Assembly (NCBI GenBank): GCA_012295275.1
Contig: CM022673.1
Coordinates: 29,140,001-29,204,000, forward strand
DNA: 64,000 nucleotides
From: Chrysomallon squamiferum
Lineage: Eukaryota; Animalia; Mollusca
Direction: 5' to 3'
Shown here: positions 43,158-57,800 of the stretch, piece after piece
How the letters are laid out: every line of letters begins with the position of its first letter
How positions within the stretch are numbered: position 1 is the stretch's first letter
Notes under the pieces: model-generated
Database searches by the model: none
Told to the model about the DNA's origin: nothing
What the model saw: only the letters and a program-made list of their open reading frames with translations
Translations under genes and position numbers: made by a program

Positions 43158-43680
43158 CAATATACACACATATTATATTATATTATACTATATTATATTA
43201 TATTAAAAGGTTTTAATCCCTATCAAAACTACAATATTACAGTTATGTATTTCAAATGCTGATCCAGAATTTGACTTGTTTGTTATAAAATGAAATGTTG
43301 CTATGCAAAAGAGACAAAGGAAAAATCGGTTCCACACACACAAAAAGATATGATTATGAATGTATATGAAAAAAAAAAAAGAAAATTATCGTTGTGAAAA
43401 ATTGCCCGTGACATTTAAATTAGACTGTTCCACAAGTGTATTACAGTTTATCTTTCAACACAAAATAAAAAAATGGCTTTCTTTTCATCTGACCTCAGAA
43501 CTGTAAAATGATCAATAAAACTTTTAAAACTGCGACTGAAATCTTCACTGACATTGAAATATGCATTTGATATCAGACACAAAATTTAAGATTAGTCTTT
43601 CAGAAAAGCACACTGATATAGGCATTTGATATCAGACACAAAATTTAAGACGGGTCTTTCAGAACAGAGATAATTCAAAA
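42850..43680 (+). repeat. Interspersed repeat copy (left arm of a long diverged inverted pair), interrupted by microsatellites
   Basis: Colinear reverse-complement matches to 48480-48975, e.g. tttgatatcagacacaaaa..gtctttcagaacagagataattcaaaa; internal ~60-bp duplication at ~43563/43622. Confidence 0.8.
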
Positions 43681-44633
43681 CGTAAGTATAAGAAAACTAT
43701 TGCCAAACAGTAAGCTGGATTTTTATTTTATCATTTATTTTTATCAGTGACAGAACTTATCAGTTCCCCATCCATGGTTCCCCTTTTAGGTTATTTTCTG
43801 CTCTAAAAAGTACCCTGAAGTTAGATATTCTTCCTACTTCACGATACGACTTCAGTCATCATATCAGTATAAAAGACACCTTATTTCAAAACAAGTAGCC
43901 CATCCAGTTTTCTTCTCTCCTTTTCTCCGTGGTCTGCAATTAAATGTATAACGAAACGCTATATAACTGAAAATCAAAAATGTTCTGAGAATGAAGATGA
44001 ATAAAACATACCAGTAGGTGAAATGATGATTGAAATTGTATAAGTAAAGTCAAATACTACTTCAGTAACAGGCAGACTGTTGATGTAATGTAGTTAATTG
44101 GGTAGATTTATTTTACATACAAAGGTGCGTGTCTATCGAAATTCATTAGGCACAGCACTGCAAGTTATAGTACAGATTTCGCAACTGAATGAAAGAGATT
44201 GTTCAAATTGTTTTTCACGCTCAGCTAAACGAAGTTAAACAGCAGCCTCTTTAAGTGTGGAATGTTTGCACAAGTGTGAACGCTTTGACCCATGAATAGC
44301 AGTTCCAGGTTTGCTAAGAAGACGACGGAAACAAACCTGGGCTTTGTGCTTTCTTCTCGCTCCTGGTAAAAACATATGTGAGGTATTTATTTGAAGAGTT
44401 TATGATATTTTATTTTGGGCTACTTAAAAGCGCATAAACATGTCAGAACTGAGTACTGAAGAGTAAAGTAAGTGTAACGTTTGTTAATCACATTGATGGT
44501 TTTCAAAACTGTTTTCACTTCTGATGTTCAAAGTGTTAAATCTCCGGTCGTATATTTTGTATACAAGTACCTTACTGTTCGTGAAAATAAAAGAATAACG
44601 TCTTTGTTAATAATAAATAATAATAATAATAAT

Positions 44634-44665
<32 letters not shown>

Positions 44666-44753
44666 CGATAACAGTAACGGCAATAATAATAACAACAACA
44701 GTAGTAATAACGGTGATTATGATAATGATTATAATGATAATAGCAACAAACAC

Positions 44754-44791
<38 letters not shown>

Positions 44792-45732
44792 AATAATAAT
44801 AATAATAATAATAAAGAAATCTAATTTACGGACATGCAGTTTCTATTCCTAAGGCCATGATCCATCTCTCTCAGACTAAATTAGCGGCCACATTACATAC
44901 CTACATATACATATACATATATATATATATATATGTTTCATTTTGTTCTGGCCGACTCTTTCTCATACTACAATTAAATATCTCGTCTAATCGCTATTGA
45001 CACTTGAACTGAACACATGTACGCGATTTATGCTGTTTACAGAAAACGCGGCATTCCCTAGGTGCCGACTGGGAAGATTTCTGAATCGCATTACCATACA
45101 TGTGCGGATTAATTGCAGCTCAGGGAAATAGTTTGCATTTACTGAAGCCGTCTTCGGGTCCCACAGCATCGCAATGGCGAAAGACTGGCCAGAGCATATG
45201 ACTTGTGTTAGCGGTCCAGTAATGAATTACAACTCTCAGAACATTCTGTATTGTTCTAAGACCCGCTGACAAAGCCACACGAGTGATTATAGAGTGGAGA
45301 CACGTGTAGCGGAGATATTTAGTGTGGGGTTCGTTTGACAGCACCCCGAGGGAGGGGCGGATCTTCGTTCGCATGTTTGTGTACACGTATGAGTAATTTA
45401 CTGCACGTATGAGTAATTTACTGCACCTGTGTTAACGTGTCTGCAGGTTTCCGTTAATTTTTATCACAGGTATAATTGATCCTGGCACTTTTCTCCTTCT
45501 CGCTATCTGTTCCAGGTGTCAGTATTTTGAAAATGCATTAGTTAGGTGTACTTTGACCAGAAATTATTATTATTGTTATTATTGTTATTAATGGTTTTTT
45601 TTTTTTTTTATTATTATTATTATTATTGCAACCGATGACCAGAAAAGCAAAAACAAAAGCTGCAATAATAATAATAAGAATAAGAAGAAGAAGAAGAAGA
45701 AGAAGAAGAATAGCAGCAACAACAATAAAAAT

Positions 45733-45763
<31 letters not shown>

Positions 45764-46840
45764 TAACAGTAATAACTACACACAATATAGAAGGTAAAAC
45801 CCAGGATATTAAATTTATTTTTGTCTATGATCTTTTTAACCAACGTTACATTCTTCCACTGTCTTGAGATAATTTAAAAATCGACGTAGTTGTTATTATT
45901 ATTATTATAGACACAAAACCAGTTTTTTTATGATGAATGGTCGACGAGTGATAAAACTGAGCAGAAATTCGATGTTGCACTCGGTGAACCTCTGCGACTT
46001 GTGCGAATTCTGACGTCGTGTACGAAGTCGTTGTAATGCCAGTTAACGCCGTGCACACAATTAACTCAAGCTGTAAATGAAGCAGGTGCCTACATGAAAA
46101 AAAAAAAAAAAAAAAAAAAACCCGATGGCGGAAAACGAAATTACTGACAGTTCGGCAGGAATCTCTCCTTGAAACAAAACCGGACGACATTAGGCTTAGC
46201 GGTTCCGGTGTCGTCTGCCAACGTTCGGCTAATTAAGTACCATCTGGATGTAAGTGTTGCTGTTTTTACAAGTAAATCCTCAGCCTCCCCGCTGGTCATA
46301 GCAACGGCTTCTGTAAAACCGCACTGGAAAGTTTCTGACAGAAAAACAAGAAAAGAATAAATAATAAAAAAAAATACAAAAGAGTAATGATTATAAGTCA
46401 AAGTGATGAAATTCTTTTTACGAAAAATGATGGAAGATAGTAATAAAAAATAAATAAATAAATTAGTAAATATATATATATATATATATATATAAACGAT
46501 AATAAAAAAATAAAAATAAAAAAGCAATAAAAAAAGACGGATGAAATATTCCATAATGCTAATGATAATGTTTTATGTCAAAGGATTAAGAATGGGAAAA
46601 CAACCATAAAATGGCAGGTCGAGAAAGATTGAGTTAGTGAACCAAAAATACAGATAAATATACCAAAAAAAAAAAAAAAAAAGAAAAAAAGAAGAAAAAA
46701 AGAGAATTTAGAAAAAGCCATTAAAAACCAATAACAGTACATTAAAACGATGACAATTTTTTATTGTTAAGCAATCTAGAAAGGAAGTTAAAAGATAAAA
46801 TTGTGATGACGTACAATGCAGGAAAGAGCCGGGGAAAAAG

Positions 46841-46876
<36 letters not shown>

Positions 46877-47982
46877 CATTTACAAACAATATTTTTATGT
46901 CAAAGATATAAAAATTATTTGCATATAAAAATCTGATGTGGTAAAACGGGAACAGGAAAAAAAAAAAAATTTTTAAAAAATTTCATGCTGTTCAAGAAAG
47001 TAAAAGAAATAAATAAATAAAATAAAAATGACCAAAATCAAGCATTTCCCAAAACAACTGCAGCAATTTTATAATGATCAGAAGGATTACCAGAAAAGAG
47101 TGATTAGCATTTCATTATGGATTCCAGTACCTGATGGAAAATACCTGACCTGTCATTCTTTGAACACTTTTTAATTTCTAACACGTCGTTTGTAATTACC
47201 AGTGGTCTTGATATTAATGTGAACAAACACTGATGAAATCTTGGCAGAGAAAAAAAAAAAAAAAAAAAGAATAAAAAGTTCGCCTGAGCCGTATGTGTAT
47301 GATCCAATAACGATCCTTCATTTGAGCTTTGTGGTTTTAATTAACCCGAGCGTTCAGTCTGCCCACGTGTCAGATTAAGGTCAGTTGGGGCTATTTTCGC
47401 TATTTCCTCTAATAAGGTCGTTTTACAGATGAATAAATTCTCGCCAAATATCGAGTCGATCAGAAATCCTTAAAGAATGGCAAAAATATCCAGTTACAAT
47501 TCAACCACAAAAAAAAGTTTATTTTAGTTCGTTTATTGTCGGTTGTCAAAGATTAAATTCGAAGCTTATTCCTGCCGGAACCAGCCAATCAAGAAGCTGT
47601 TTAAACCGAAGATTGACGAGTATGTCCGAAAGGAGAGGAAAGGTGATGCCGACACGTCAGTGGTCAATCTGGGACAGGACTTGTCAGGTTAAAGATGTAA
47701 TAGTTAATAACTGCCAGTTAGAGCTTGGTTGGAAATGCGGCCAGCAAGCTAATTTAGAAAGCTGAACGTGAAACTCGTCACATGATGTCAAGTGTGTTTT
47801 ACGAAACGCGTTTTTCAAATTAACACTTGTAGAAACGTGTCAGTGGTAGATGAAGAAATTAAACAATGGCGGACAGGCGAGAAAGACATTATGAAGGTGA
47901 CTGGAAAGGAAAGAAAATAATTTCAAAAATAATGTAAATAAGAACGGACAATTAAGTGTACATTACGTCTGTGCATGCAAGC

Positions 47983-48027
<45 letters not shown>

Positions 48028-48479
48028 TGCACCTTTGCTACGTACCTTTGTATATAGAATAAATTTAGCCAAATAACCACAATACGTCAACAATGTCTGT
48101 TACATCTGACTTTATTATGCAATTTCAATCATCATTTCACTTACTTGTTTTAAAAGGCATGTTTTATTCAGCTTTACGCTTAGCACATTTTTAATTTTCA
48201 GTCATATGGTGTTACAGGTTTATTTAAAAACCACTGAGAAAATGAGGAAGAAATCCGCGATACCCAAGCAACAAGCTACCCGTTTTGAAATAAGGGGTCT
48301 TTTATGGGCTTTTCCAGCAGAAAGGAAAACGGGAATCAAGGAAGCTAGATAGTGCAGCAGAGCACTAAAGTTTTATCACTGATTTTCAGATTACTTATAT
48401 AAATAAAATATTAAATAAATAAATAAATAAACAGCATAAACGAAAACAAGCTCAGTGTTTAGAAATAGCCATCATACAG

Positions 48480-48730
48480 TTGTTTTGAATTATCTCTGTT
48501 CTGAAAGACCTTTCTTAATTTTTGTGTCTGATATCAAATCATATTTCAGTATCAGTGAAGATTTAAATTAAAGTTTCAAAAGTTCAGAATTCTATTGATC
48601 ATTATTTTTTGTATAGAAAGATAAATTATAATACACTTGTTGTGGAAGAGTCTAATTTAAACGTCAAAGACGATTTTTCAGAATGATAATTTTTTGTTCT
48701 TCATTTTCTTATGCATTCATAATGATACCT

Positions 48731-48775
<45 letters not shown>

Positions 48776-48975
48776 CACCGGTTTTATTTATTTATTTATT
48801 TATATTTTTATTTTTTAATTTATTATTATTTTTAATTTATTTATTTATTATTATTATTATTATTTGTCTCTTTTGTATAGAAACATTTCAAGTTTTGCAT
48901 GAAAATGTTATAGTTTGCAGTACAGTTCTTTCAAACAGTTCTAGACAATTGTATTTTATATGGTACTGTTTCCTT
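48480..48975 (-). repeat. Interspersed repeat copy (right arm of the inverted pair)
   Basis: ttttgaattatctctgttctgaaagac..tgtgtctgatatcaaat; tacacttg..tggaagagtctaatttaaa; tttgtctcttttg; tggtactgtt. Confidence 0.8.
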
Positions 48976-50599
48976 ACGAATTGTTACTTGTACGAACACT
49001 ATGCTACCATCTACTTGCTTATGATTAACTTGTTTTTAATACCTACATCTGTGTTTGTGTATATGTGTGTGTGTATGTGTATGATATAATGATATAACTG
49101 AAGCCTGTCATAGTGTTCTCGTATCCATTACTGGCAGCAAGGGATCTTTTAAATACTCTTTGTCGTGGACAGGAAAGCACATTACACGATGATACAGCAG
49201 TAACCAGACAGAGGCACTCAGCCAAACAGATAAATCCTATTCCTTGAGGAAACATGAACAATTCATTATAGTAAAAACACATTTAAATCTTCTGACAAAT
49301 GAAAAATATAATGGGTAATAATAATAAATTAAATAAAAAAAAAAAAAGAAGAAAGAACAAAAACGTCCTAATAAAAAAAGAAGAAAGAACTGAAGAAAAA
49401 CGTCCTGATATTATTAAACTCAAAATCAGCGCACTAAAAAGAATGTATACTGTTGTTGTTTTTAAAACGAAAGTAGTTTTTGTTTTGCTGTGTAAAAGAA
49501 CTTCAGGATAAATAAAGAAAATCTATCAAGAAAAGGGACAGATGTAATAAAAAAAGTGTAAATTAAAAAAAAAAAAAAAATATATGTATTTTTTTTTAGA
49601 AGGCTTCAGAACGGTTAAATGAAGATGGCCAATTTTAAAACGAAAGTAAAGAACTAGGAAGTACGGGACACGTTAAAGTGAAAACGGCGATTAAGATCTG
49701 GTTTTCAGAACGAAGTGGAACAAACATTTTCCTCTAGCGGGTTACATCCATTACAAGGTCTTCCGCATCGCTTCGTGCCAGAACAAGCAATTCCTGGCTA
49801 TTTACATATCTTTCAATTCACTGGACTTGATCGCCGTGATTTATAGTCAATTACCCGTCACTTGTTAAAGAATTCAGAAGCATAAATTTCTTTGCAAGGA
49901 CCGCGGAACATGGTACTGGAACGATTCGCCATGAGCCAGACCATTGAGACAACTAACCTATGAAAGTGTGATATCAGAGTCATGGGAAACTGACAGTCAG
50001 CAACAGCTGATTGATCGATGGGACATTTCCCGTTTCGCAGGTAATCAGCGATGTACATTTCCCAAAGAAAAGTAATTACCCTGAAAGCAGAAACTCGCCC
50101 GTTGAAAAGTGATTTAATTTGACATCAAGTAGCCATATCTTTGCAGATTATCACGTACAATAAGTTTGTGATCCTCTATAATTTCTTCTTTTCAGCTAAT
50201 TTTGGTAACAATCAAATCATTTTCTTTGAAAAGACGATTCGAATAAACTTTTGGCTGAAAGGACTGATGGAACAGCCATTGGGCATTAAATACCTTATTG
50301 GAATACAACGTCAATGAGTCCAAAGCAGATAGGCGTGTCGTTTTCACGCTTGTTAGGCCGAGCGTGTAATGATTATTGCATCAAAAAGAAACGAGACGAA
50401 ATAAATGGTCGTAATTTCACTTTTACCTTCGGACGTGTGAATAGCTATCAGATCAGAGTGAAATGATTGTTTTCTGTGGGTGTTGTATTGTTTTCCTAAT
50501 CGTTTGTGAGCAACAGCAAGAGAACATAGCCGTGCTTGAAGTAGCAGAAACAGCTAACAACAGAGGAAGAAAGTAGAATCGCCAACAGCAGTTTTATTA

Positions 50600-50965
50600 G
50601 CATTAATAGCATTAGTGACAGGAATAGTAACAGCATTTTCAGGAATTAGCATTAATAGCATTAGTGACAGGAATAGTAACAGCATTAATGACAGGAATAG
50701 TAGCAATAGTGTTAACAGTATTAGTGACAGGAATAGTAGTAGTAGTGTTAACAGTTTTAGTGACAGGAATAGTAGCAGTAGTGTTAACAGTATTAGTGAC
50801 AGGAATAGTAACAGTAGTATTAACAGCATTAGTGACAGGAATAGTAGCAGTAGTATTAACAGCATTAGTGACAGGGATAGTAACAGCATTAATGACAGGA
50901 ATAGTAGCAGTAGCCTTAACCGTATTAGTGACAGGAATAGTAGCAGTTAGTATTAGTGACAGGAA
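50600..50965. repeat. 36/24-bp minisatellite
   Basis: 11 copies of core tgacagg (50616, 50665, 50689, 50725, 50761, 50797, 50833, 50869, 50893, 50929, 50957). Confidence 0.92.
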
Positions 50966-51172
50966 AAGTAATTGCCGTAACGGTAGTAGACAGGAATAGG
51001 AGAAATAATAATAGTAGTGAAAGAATAATTAATAGTAGGAATAGTGATATTTGTTAACAATCATTGGAATAGTAAAGTATTAACAGTAATTGCCGTAACG
51101 GTAGTAGTAGTAAGGAGTAATAATAGTAGTAGTAGTAGTAGTAGTAACATTGAAAGTAGTAGTAGTAGTAGC

Positions 51173-51204
<32 letters not shown>

Positions 51205-54200
51205 GTTAGTTATTGTTTTTGAAGTTCTGATGGTTATAACCTTACTTGCTGTTCTGCTGTAGGAGACAGCTGAGGATGACGAATAGGAAATGGTTAAAGC
51301 AAAACAATTATTATTATTAACAATATTCATAAAACCCTTCTGTGTTTAAGTAACTAATTCAGTACGTCTGTCAGTGCACTGTTACAGGCCGCTGGGGGAC
51401 TGGACCACGCCAAACCAAATCTACAAACCAACAGAGTTTCCACAAAGCACCAACCTACCGCTAGTGAATCTGCTGCACTTCCAGCGCTGTGACCGTATAT
51501 TGCATCTTGTTAACTTCTCGTCTGTTTTGAGTGATCAATGAAAATTTCATTAAGTCGAAGCTTCCAGCCCTCAAGGGAGGTGTCGGAAAGTTTTTCCCTG
51601 ATTTTACAACCAAAGATAGTCCTTCTCCGGGGACCGTCGCGCGTAATTGATGCATGTAGCGGTTGACTCGAGATGCGAGTTTTCTAAGATTAATGACGCA
51701 ATAAGACTGCGCGGTCTCTGCGGACCTGCAGTCCAGTGCAGAGCTGAAATGACGGAGCAAACTGGCAACAAATGACCATTGACCACCACTGAATTATGTA
51801 AATGTGACTGACAGAAAAAAGATAAATGTTATCGGTTGACGAGATAAAGATTTGATGAATTTCCCTATCAGATGTCATGGACGATTTCATTCATGCCGAT
51901 AATAAATCTTATAATGATATTCGTAAGGCGATAAATATTTCGAGTTAAATACACGTGCATCCATCCCATCCATCCATCCATCCATCCATCCATCCATCCA
52001 TCCATCCATCCATCCATACATATATACATAATAGATACATGCACGAATGTATTAATTTATACCTATATCATGCATGGATAGACATTTTGATGCACGATTT
52101 AGTAGACAATTTAATTCGTTTACCTTTGAAAACCCATTCAACTAAAACTAAATAAAAGACACAATAATAAAAATAAAAATAACGTGGCATTCAAATCAAA
52201 TATCAAACGACATCACAGTTATTTATCCTTTTAAGTCAAACATAAACCAACAATTTAAAAATACCAATTTCCCAGCAAAGCCTTTGATAACACAAATCTG
52301 AAATCTGGAGTAGAATGAACTAACTTTGTCAAAAGCCTGTAAAAACATGATATATTTTATACTCTCTATTTTTGTTCTTTTTTTTGTATTTAAAACCTCA
52401 TTAATATTTTTTTTAAATAATACTCAAAACCTTTTCTCATTTATTTGATAAAATAAATAAATAAATTTCGAACTGTAATCGAGGAAAACAGAATAATCCC
52501 TTGTCTTTGTTGGATCAAATTTAAAACTCAGTTTTTAAAGACAGTAACTGAATAACAATTTGACGAAGATTAAAACAAAAAACGAAATAATAATGAAGTT
52601 CAACAAGGTGAGTTCACAATTTTTTATTGCTATTTTATCTGTCCAGAGACAATTTATATATTTATATGATTTCCAGTTGTTTTCTTAATTTGTTTCTCTG
52701 CACGTGTAAATGAATAAACCTATATATTAATATACACACTTGTTTATTCACGTACACATACGTTTTGTAGCTGCTGATTTTGTTCTTGTTGTTATCATCA
52801 TCATCACTGTTGGTGTTGTAAACGTTATCGTTGTTATTATTGTTGCTGATCTGTCGATTCGTTTGTCGCTTCTTTGGTCGGTTCGTTAATAATTTATTAT
52901 TATTTATTTCTGCTGCTGTCGTTGCTGTTGTTATTTTTGCCCGATTCAAAGAACGTTTTCAAACTGTACTATTCTCATGTTAGACGTATTACATATTCTG
53001 TTTATTAATAAGTCTCTGGCTATATAAATAAAATAGCAAAACGTCACAAAATGTACAATGAATGCTCCCATGCTTCCTTCCGCTTCTGGCACTTGTTTGT
53101 CCTAACCTCTCTAACGCACACAGCTGTCCTGTTTGTTGACAGGTGTGTTTGAACACAAATGTTTGGATACGAACAAAACACACAGAACTGCTTATCTCAT
53201 TTTGTTACTGGAGAGACTGCCGGCGTTATATGTTTTCTTGATAATCGAACACATTTTGAAAACGTGTTATATTGTTAGCAGAGGTTAATGATATTCAGAG
53301 TGAAATTTTGAGAGAGATAAGTTAAATAAATCTAAATAAGAAAATATGTATTTGTCTGTCTGTCTGTCTCTTTATCTGCCTCTGTCTCTATCCAGCTAAT
53401 CTATCTATCTGTCTGTATCTATCAGAAATATTTGCGATTCAGCTGTTTTATCATCTCATTATTAATTTTGACTGTTTTCTGCTACTGAATTTTATTTTCG
53501 TTTTACTTATTATTGAAGAGATTAATACTGAGAATGAAAGAAAATAAACAATTTTATATTCATTTATTGAATAAATTTTCATTAAATAAAAATGTAGCGT
53601 TTAACTGAAACTGGAAACAATATTATAGGTTGTAAACTTGTGTAGTACTTGTGTTTATCGGATATCAATTACTTAAAACAAAGAGTCAAAGAAAAATGTG
53701 TATTTAGCTTTTAGAAAGCATACGACTGTTATGCAACAAAAATATTAATATTCTTTTATAGCAGAGAAGAAATATATATATTGTAATAACAACAACGTCG
53801 ATGACGACAACGACGACAATAACGAGTTAATTAGGCGAGGACGGCTGTGCGTCAGAGTGTACGACGACCCAAGTGTCTTGGTTTCTATCACGCACAGTAT
53901 TTCCAATCTGGATGGGATAAGCGGTTTAAAGTGCTAAAAATAGACACACGCTAGAACATCACCTCTCGTGAGCGATAAACTCGCGATAGGTCGATGTTCG
54001 CTAATGTCAATGACGTCACCGAATCGTTCATCTTGTGCAAACTGTCAGTGCTCACCTCATTATATTTTTTAATGAACGGATTTTATTTCCATGCGTTTTC
54101 AGCCCATTTTTGTCCGGAGCGTGAGTCACGATGCAGCAGATTGGCGTCGATGATGAAACAAATGAATGACGCCAGTTTAAAACTACTGCACTGTGTGTTC

Positions 54201-54738
54201 GCTTTCAATAAATCGCTTCCTCGCATAAGACTCGTTCTCCAACAATCGGCGCCAAGAGAAAGGCAGTAACACCAAGTCGGCGAGTTTGTCTAACAGGGGC
54301 ACAGTGTGGGAGGTTTCGCATTCACCAGTTAAATTTAAATACAGCCGTTTGTGCTGAGATTACAGAGTACAAGAGTACACGTGAATGCAGATTCGATGTA
54401 AATGCCATACCTCGGCTGTCACCATTACCACATCAACGACTGCTGTAACCACAGCCACGATTACTGTCATTAAGCATAGCTATTTGTGCACTACTATATC
54501 ATGTTCACCAGTACTGTCAATACAGAACAGTTACCAGTAAAACTACTACTGGCGCTGCTGCTGCTGTTACTACTATACTACTACTACTACTACCACTGCC
54601 ACTACCACTACCACTACTACTACTATTACTGCTACCACTACTATTGTTTGTGCACTAATTGCCATATTCATCAGTATTATCAATACAGTTCAGACACAAT
54701 TACTACGCTGCTGTTGCTACTACCACTGCCGTTACCCA

Positions 54739-54770
<32 letters not shown>

Positions 54771-54813
54771 CTTACTAATACTACTACTACCACTACTATC
54801 AATATAGAACAAT

Positions 54814-54847
<34 letters not shown>

Positions 54848-57800
54848 GCTACTGCTACTATTACTACTTCTATAATCGCTACAACAGTATTGCTACTGTT
54901 GCTATTATTACTAAGATTACTAGGTTTGTTGCGGATGTTACTATTACAGTAACAGCTACTGCTGATCCTATTATATCTATTATTACTGCTATTTCTGTCA
55001 CTGCTACTCCTGCTATTATTTCTGGTACTACTACCACCTCTGTTGCTACAAGTAATGTCGAAAAGAAAATGGACAAAACAAAGTGAAAAGAAATTGAATA
55101 TTTTTCTTTGTTATTTTATCAGTGAAAAGAAAATGGACAAAAAGAAAAAATATTTTATTTATCCTCACACCAAACATTTTACTTTGTACATATATATAGA
55201 CAGACAGACATAGTTATAGATATATTTAATTGACCGTTATCTAATTTAAACTTTTAACGACCGTTTGTTAAGTAATAATATTCGGCAGTACTCAAAGAAA
55301 ACAATTTGTTTCCCTGTCACATTTATTTTGTGATTACAGATACAGATTTTTTTATATACACTAAATGAAGTCATTTTCATGGTCTTGGGACATAATTATA
55401 ATGAAAGTCCGCATTCACTGAGAATTGCTTTTTTCGACTAGCAGTAAGTAATTTTGTACATGGGACATTCCCATACACAGAAAGGCACCTAAGTCAACAG
55501 TGAAGCACTGGAGTAAAGGGAAATAGCCTGTGGAGCGGACTGAGCTGAAATGAAACTGCTTATGCTTACTGACTGATTCCAAAGACTATATGAATACTAT
55601 TTAAGCCAAAAGCTGGGTTTTACACTATCCACAAAACAAGACCATATAGAGAAGATACATTAACATTACCACACTGTGTTGCACTTTAACTTTTATGATT
55701 ATTATATCCAAGCAAGATCGTGACTTGTGCTGTGGAGATTGTCAAATCTAACACTGAGAGTTTTGCCCCCAGATATGATATATCCGAGTACATTACAACA
55801 GTAAAGAGTTTTAAAAATAATAATAAAAAAAAAAAAAAAATAAAAAAATAAAAATAAAGAAAAGTTCAATGGAGATTCAGAGGTTGTAACGATACTTCTA
55901 CAAGCCATCCATCAAATATTGGATTTTTTTTTTTTTTTTTTCGATTTTCGCTAAATGACATTTAACTCCACTGGAGCAATAACCCAAGTCGCATTCGTTT
56001 AAAATCAACAGTAATGTGAAGCACTTTAAAGAAACAAGTTCCGACGTTTACCCATTTTTTTTGTTGCAGTCTTATCCATTCCAAATTGCATAGTTAACTG
56101 CAGCAACAAGTGCGCCAGCTAAAAGCCCAATAAAGTCTCCAACGATCTGCACGGAGCAGCTCTTTCAAAGAATTAAACACATTTAGCAAATGTCCCACCG
56201 CAACCGCGTGCAAAGGTTAACAGCGTTATAAACCGTGTTGTTTTCAATAGGTTTTTGTTCTTAATAGTGAATTCATTGGGGTTTTCTCAATTGCTGTTAA
56301 TCTGTGATGTCACTAATAATAGTGTTTTCAATATTTTTATAACTTTTTACTTTTCTTTTTTTTCGCTGAATTCGTGTTATTCTGAAATATTTGCTAACAT
56401 TTTACAGTCAGATGATTGCTGTAGTACATTTTACTTCAGTTACCATTCTAGAATGACAATTCGCCCGTATGACTTTAATGACGTCATTGACTGTGAAAGT
56501 AACATAAAAAAGTAGCCTAGGGAATCTCTGTCAGAATCTGTCTCTATAAATATCTTTGTATGAGGGAATTTATAGCATGTAAATGTCAAGGGATTATGCT
56601 TTAATATTCAATACCTTATTCTTAATGCTATTTGAAAGTATAGAGTAAGAAATGTCAAACAGTTCCTAACACTTGCTTCTACGTGATCTAGCACCTGGCG
56701 TATTGGACACTGAAGATTCATGGGACTCCTCAAAAAACACCCTCAAATCTGTCTCTGCGACATGAATGAATGACCAGAAACAGAGGAAATAAATTAAATT
56801 GTTACTCTTGTCTGTAGCTTCCAATCCAGATATTAAAAGAGAAAGGTTAGATTTAAAAAAATGATTAAAGAAAGATTAACATTATCACAGACTGATGAGA
56901 GATAAACTTTAAAGCTGTAATGCGCATTTGTTTTGTGCGATGGAATATGATAAGTAATAAAACGCAGTGTAATCTCTGAAAATCTCCCTGGTGTTGATAT
57001 ATGCTGCCTGTAATAGCCTCCCTCGCCCGTCTATCAGCCATATTCTTAACCAGCGAGTTACCTGAGAAGTCAGAGAAGAGTTAATGTTTTCCTAAGATTC
57101 TGTAGAACGGTAACTTCTAGCGCCGATTTTCCTTGTCACAGATAAGGAGCGGGGAAAGACGTATATTTCAAATCTGTTATAAATAAATATAAATTCATAT
57201 TTTAGTGATAAATAAATATAAATTTATGTATTAGTTATAAATAAATATAAATTTATGTGTTAGTTATAAATATATATTATTTTCTGTTTTTAGATATAAA
57301 TGTCACTAAATCTTACTCTTTATTTCGTATAAATCTTAAGATAACCAAGAACAGTCCATACATTAAACGAGGCAGACAGAAGAAAAAAAAACGTGTGTAG
57401 AGCCTCGCTAACACGTGCACTGGTTAACAAGTTGCTGCTGGAATGTCCTATTACCCTCGCTTTATCGAACAGCGTTACAGCGAGTTAACAAGGGCGAATG
57501 TTTAATTACATTAATCCTGTCCGCACCATCGTTAATAATAATTTATGCTCCGAGATTAGCGATGTTTATCGGTTGTACGACCTCAAGTGATGGTGGGAGG
57601 AGAACACGGTTAATAGGTTATTAGCATAACTAAGCCAGTAAATCAAACAATTATTTCGATATCGAGAACAAGGAAGCGAAACCTTGCTTCATCTGCAGAC
57701 TTGCTTGATCAGCATCCTAGTATATGAAATGTGGCTCAGTAGATGTGGATGACATACGCTGCATTATCCGGGTTTTAAAGTCTAAGACCAAAGCTAAGAA

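Noticed and set aside
45846-46554. GC-richer ORFs of 114 and 137 aa on - and 63 aa on +
   Set aside because: No recognisable domain, partly built from poly-T tracts, and no consistent exon chain.
47866-47902. aaacaATGGCGGAC..GAAG|gtgact resembling a short first coding exon downstream of a CCAAT box
   Set aside because: Weak donor and no downstream exon found; ATGGCGG also matches a YY1-type motif. Unsupported without RNA data.
50554-50999. Three 111-aa repetitive ORFs
   Set aside because: Open only because minisatellite units are multiples of 3; no start or splice context.
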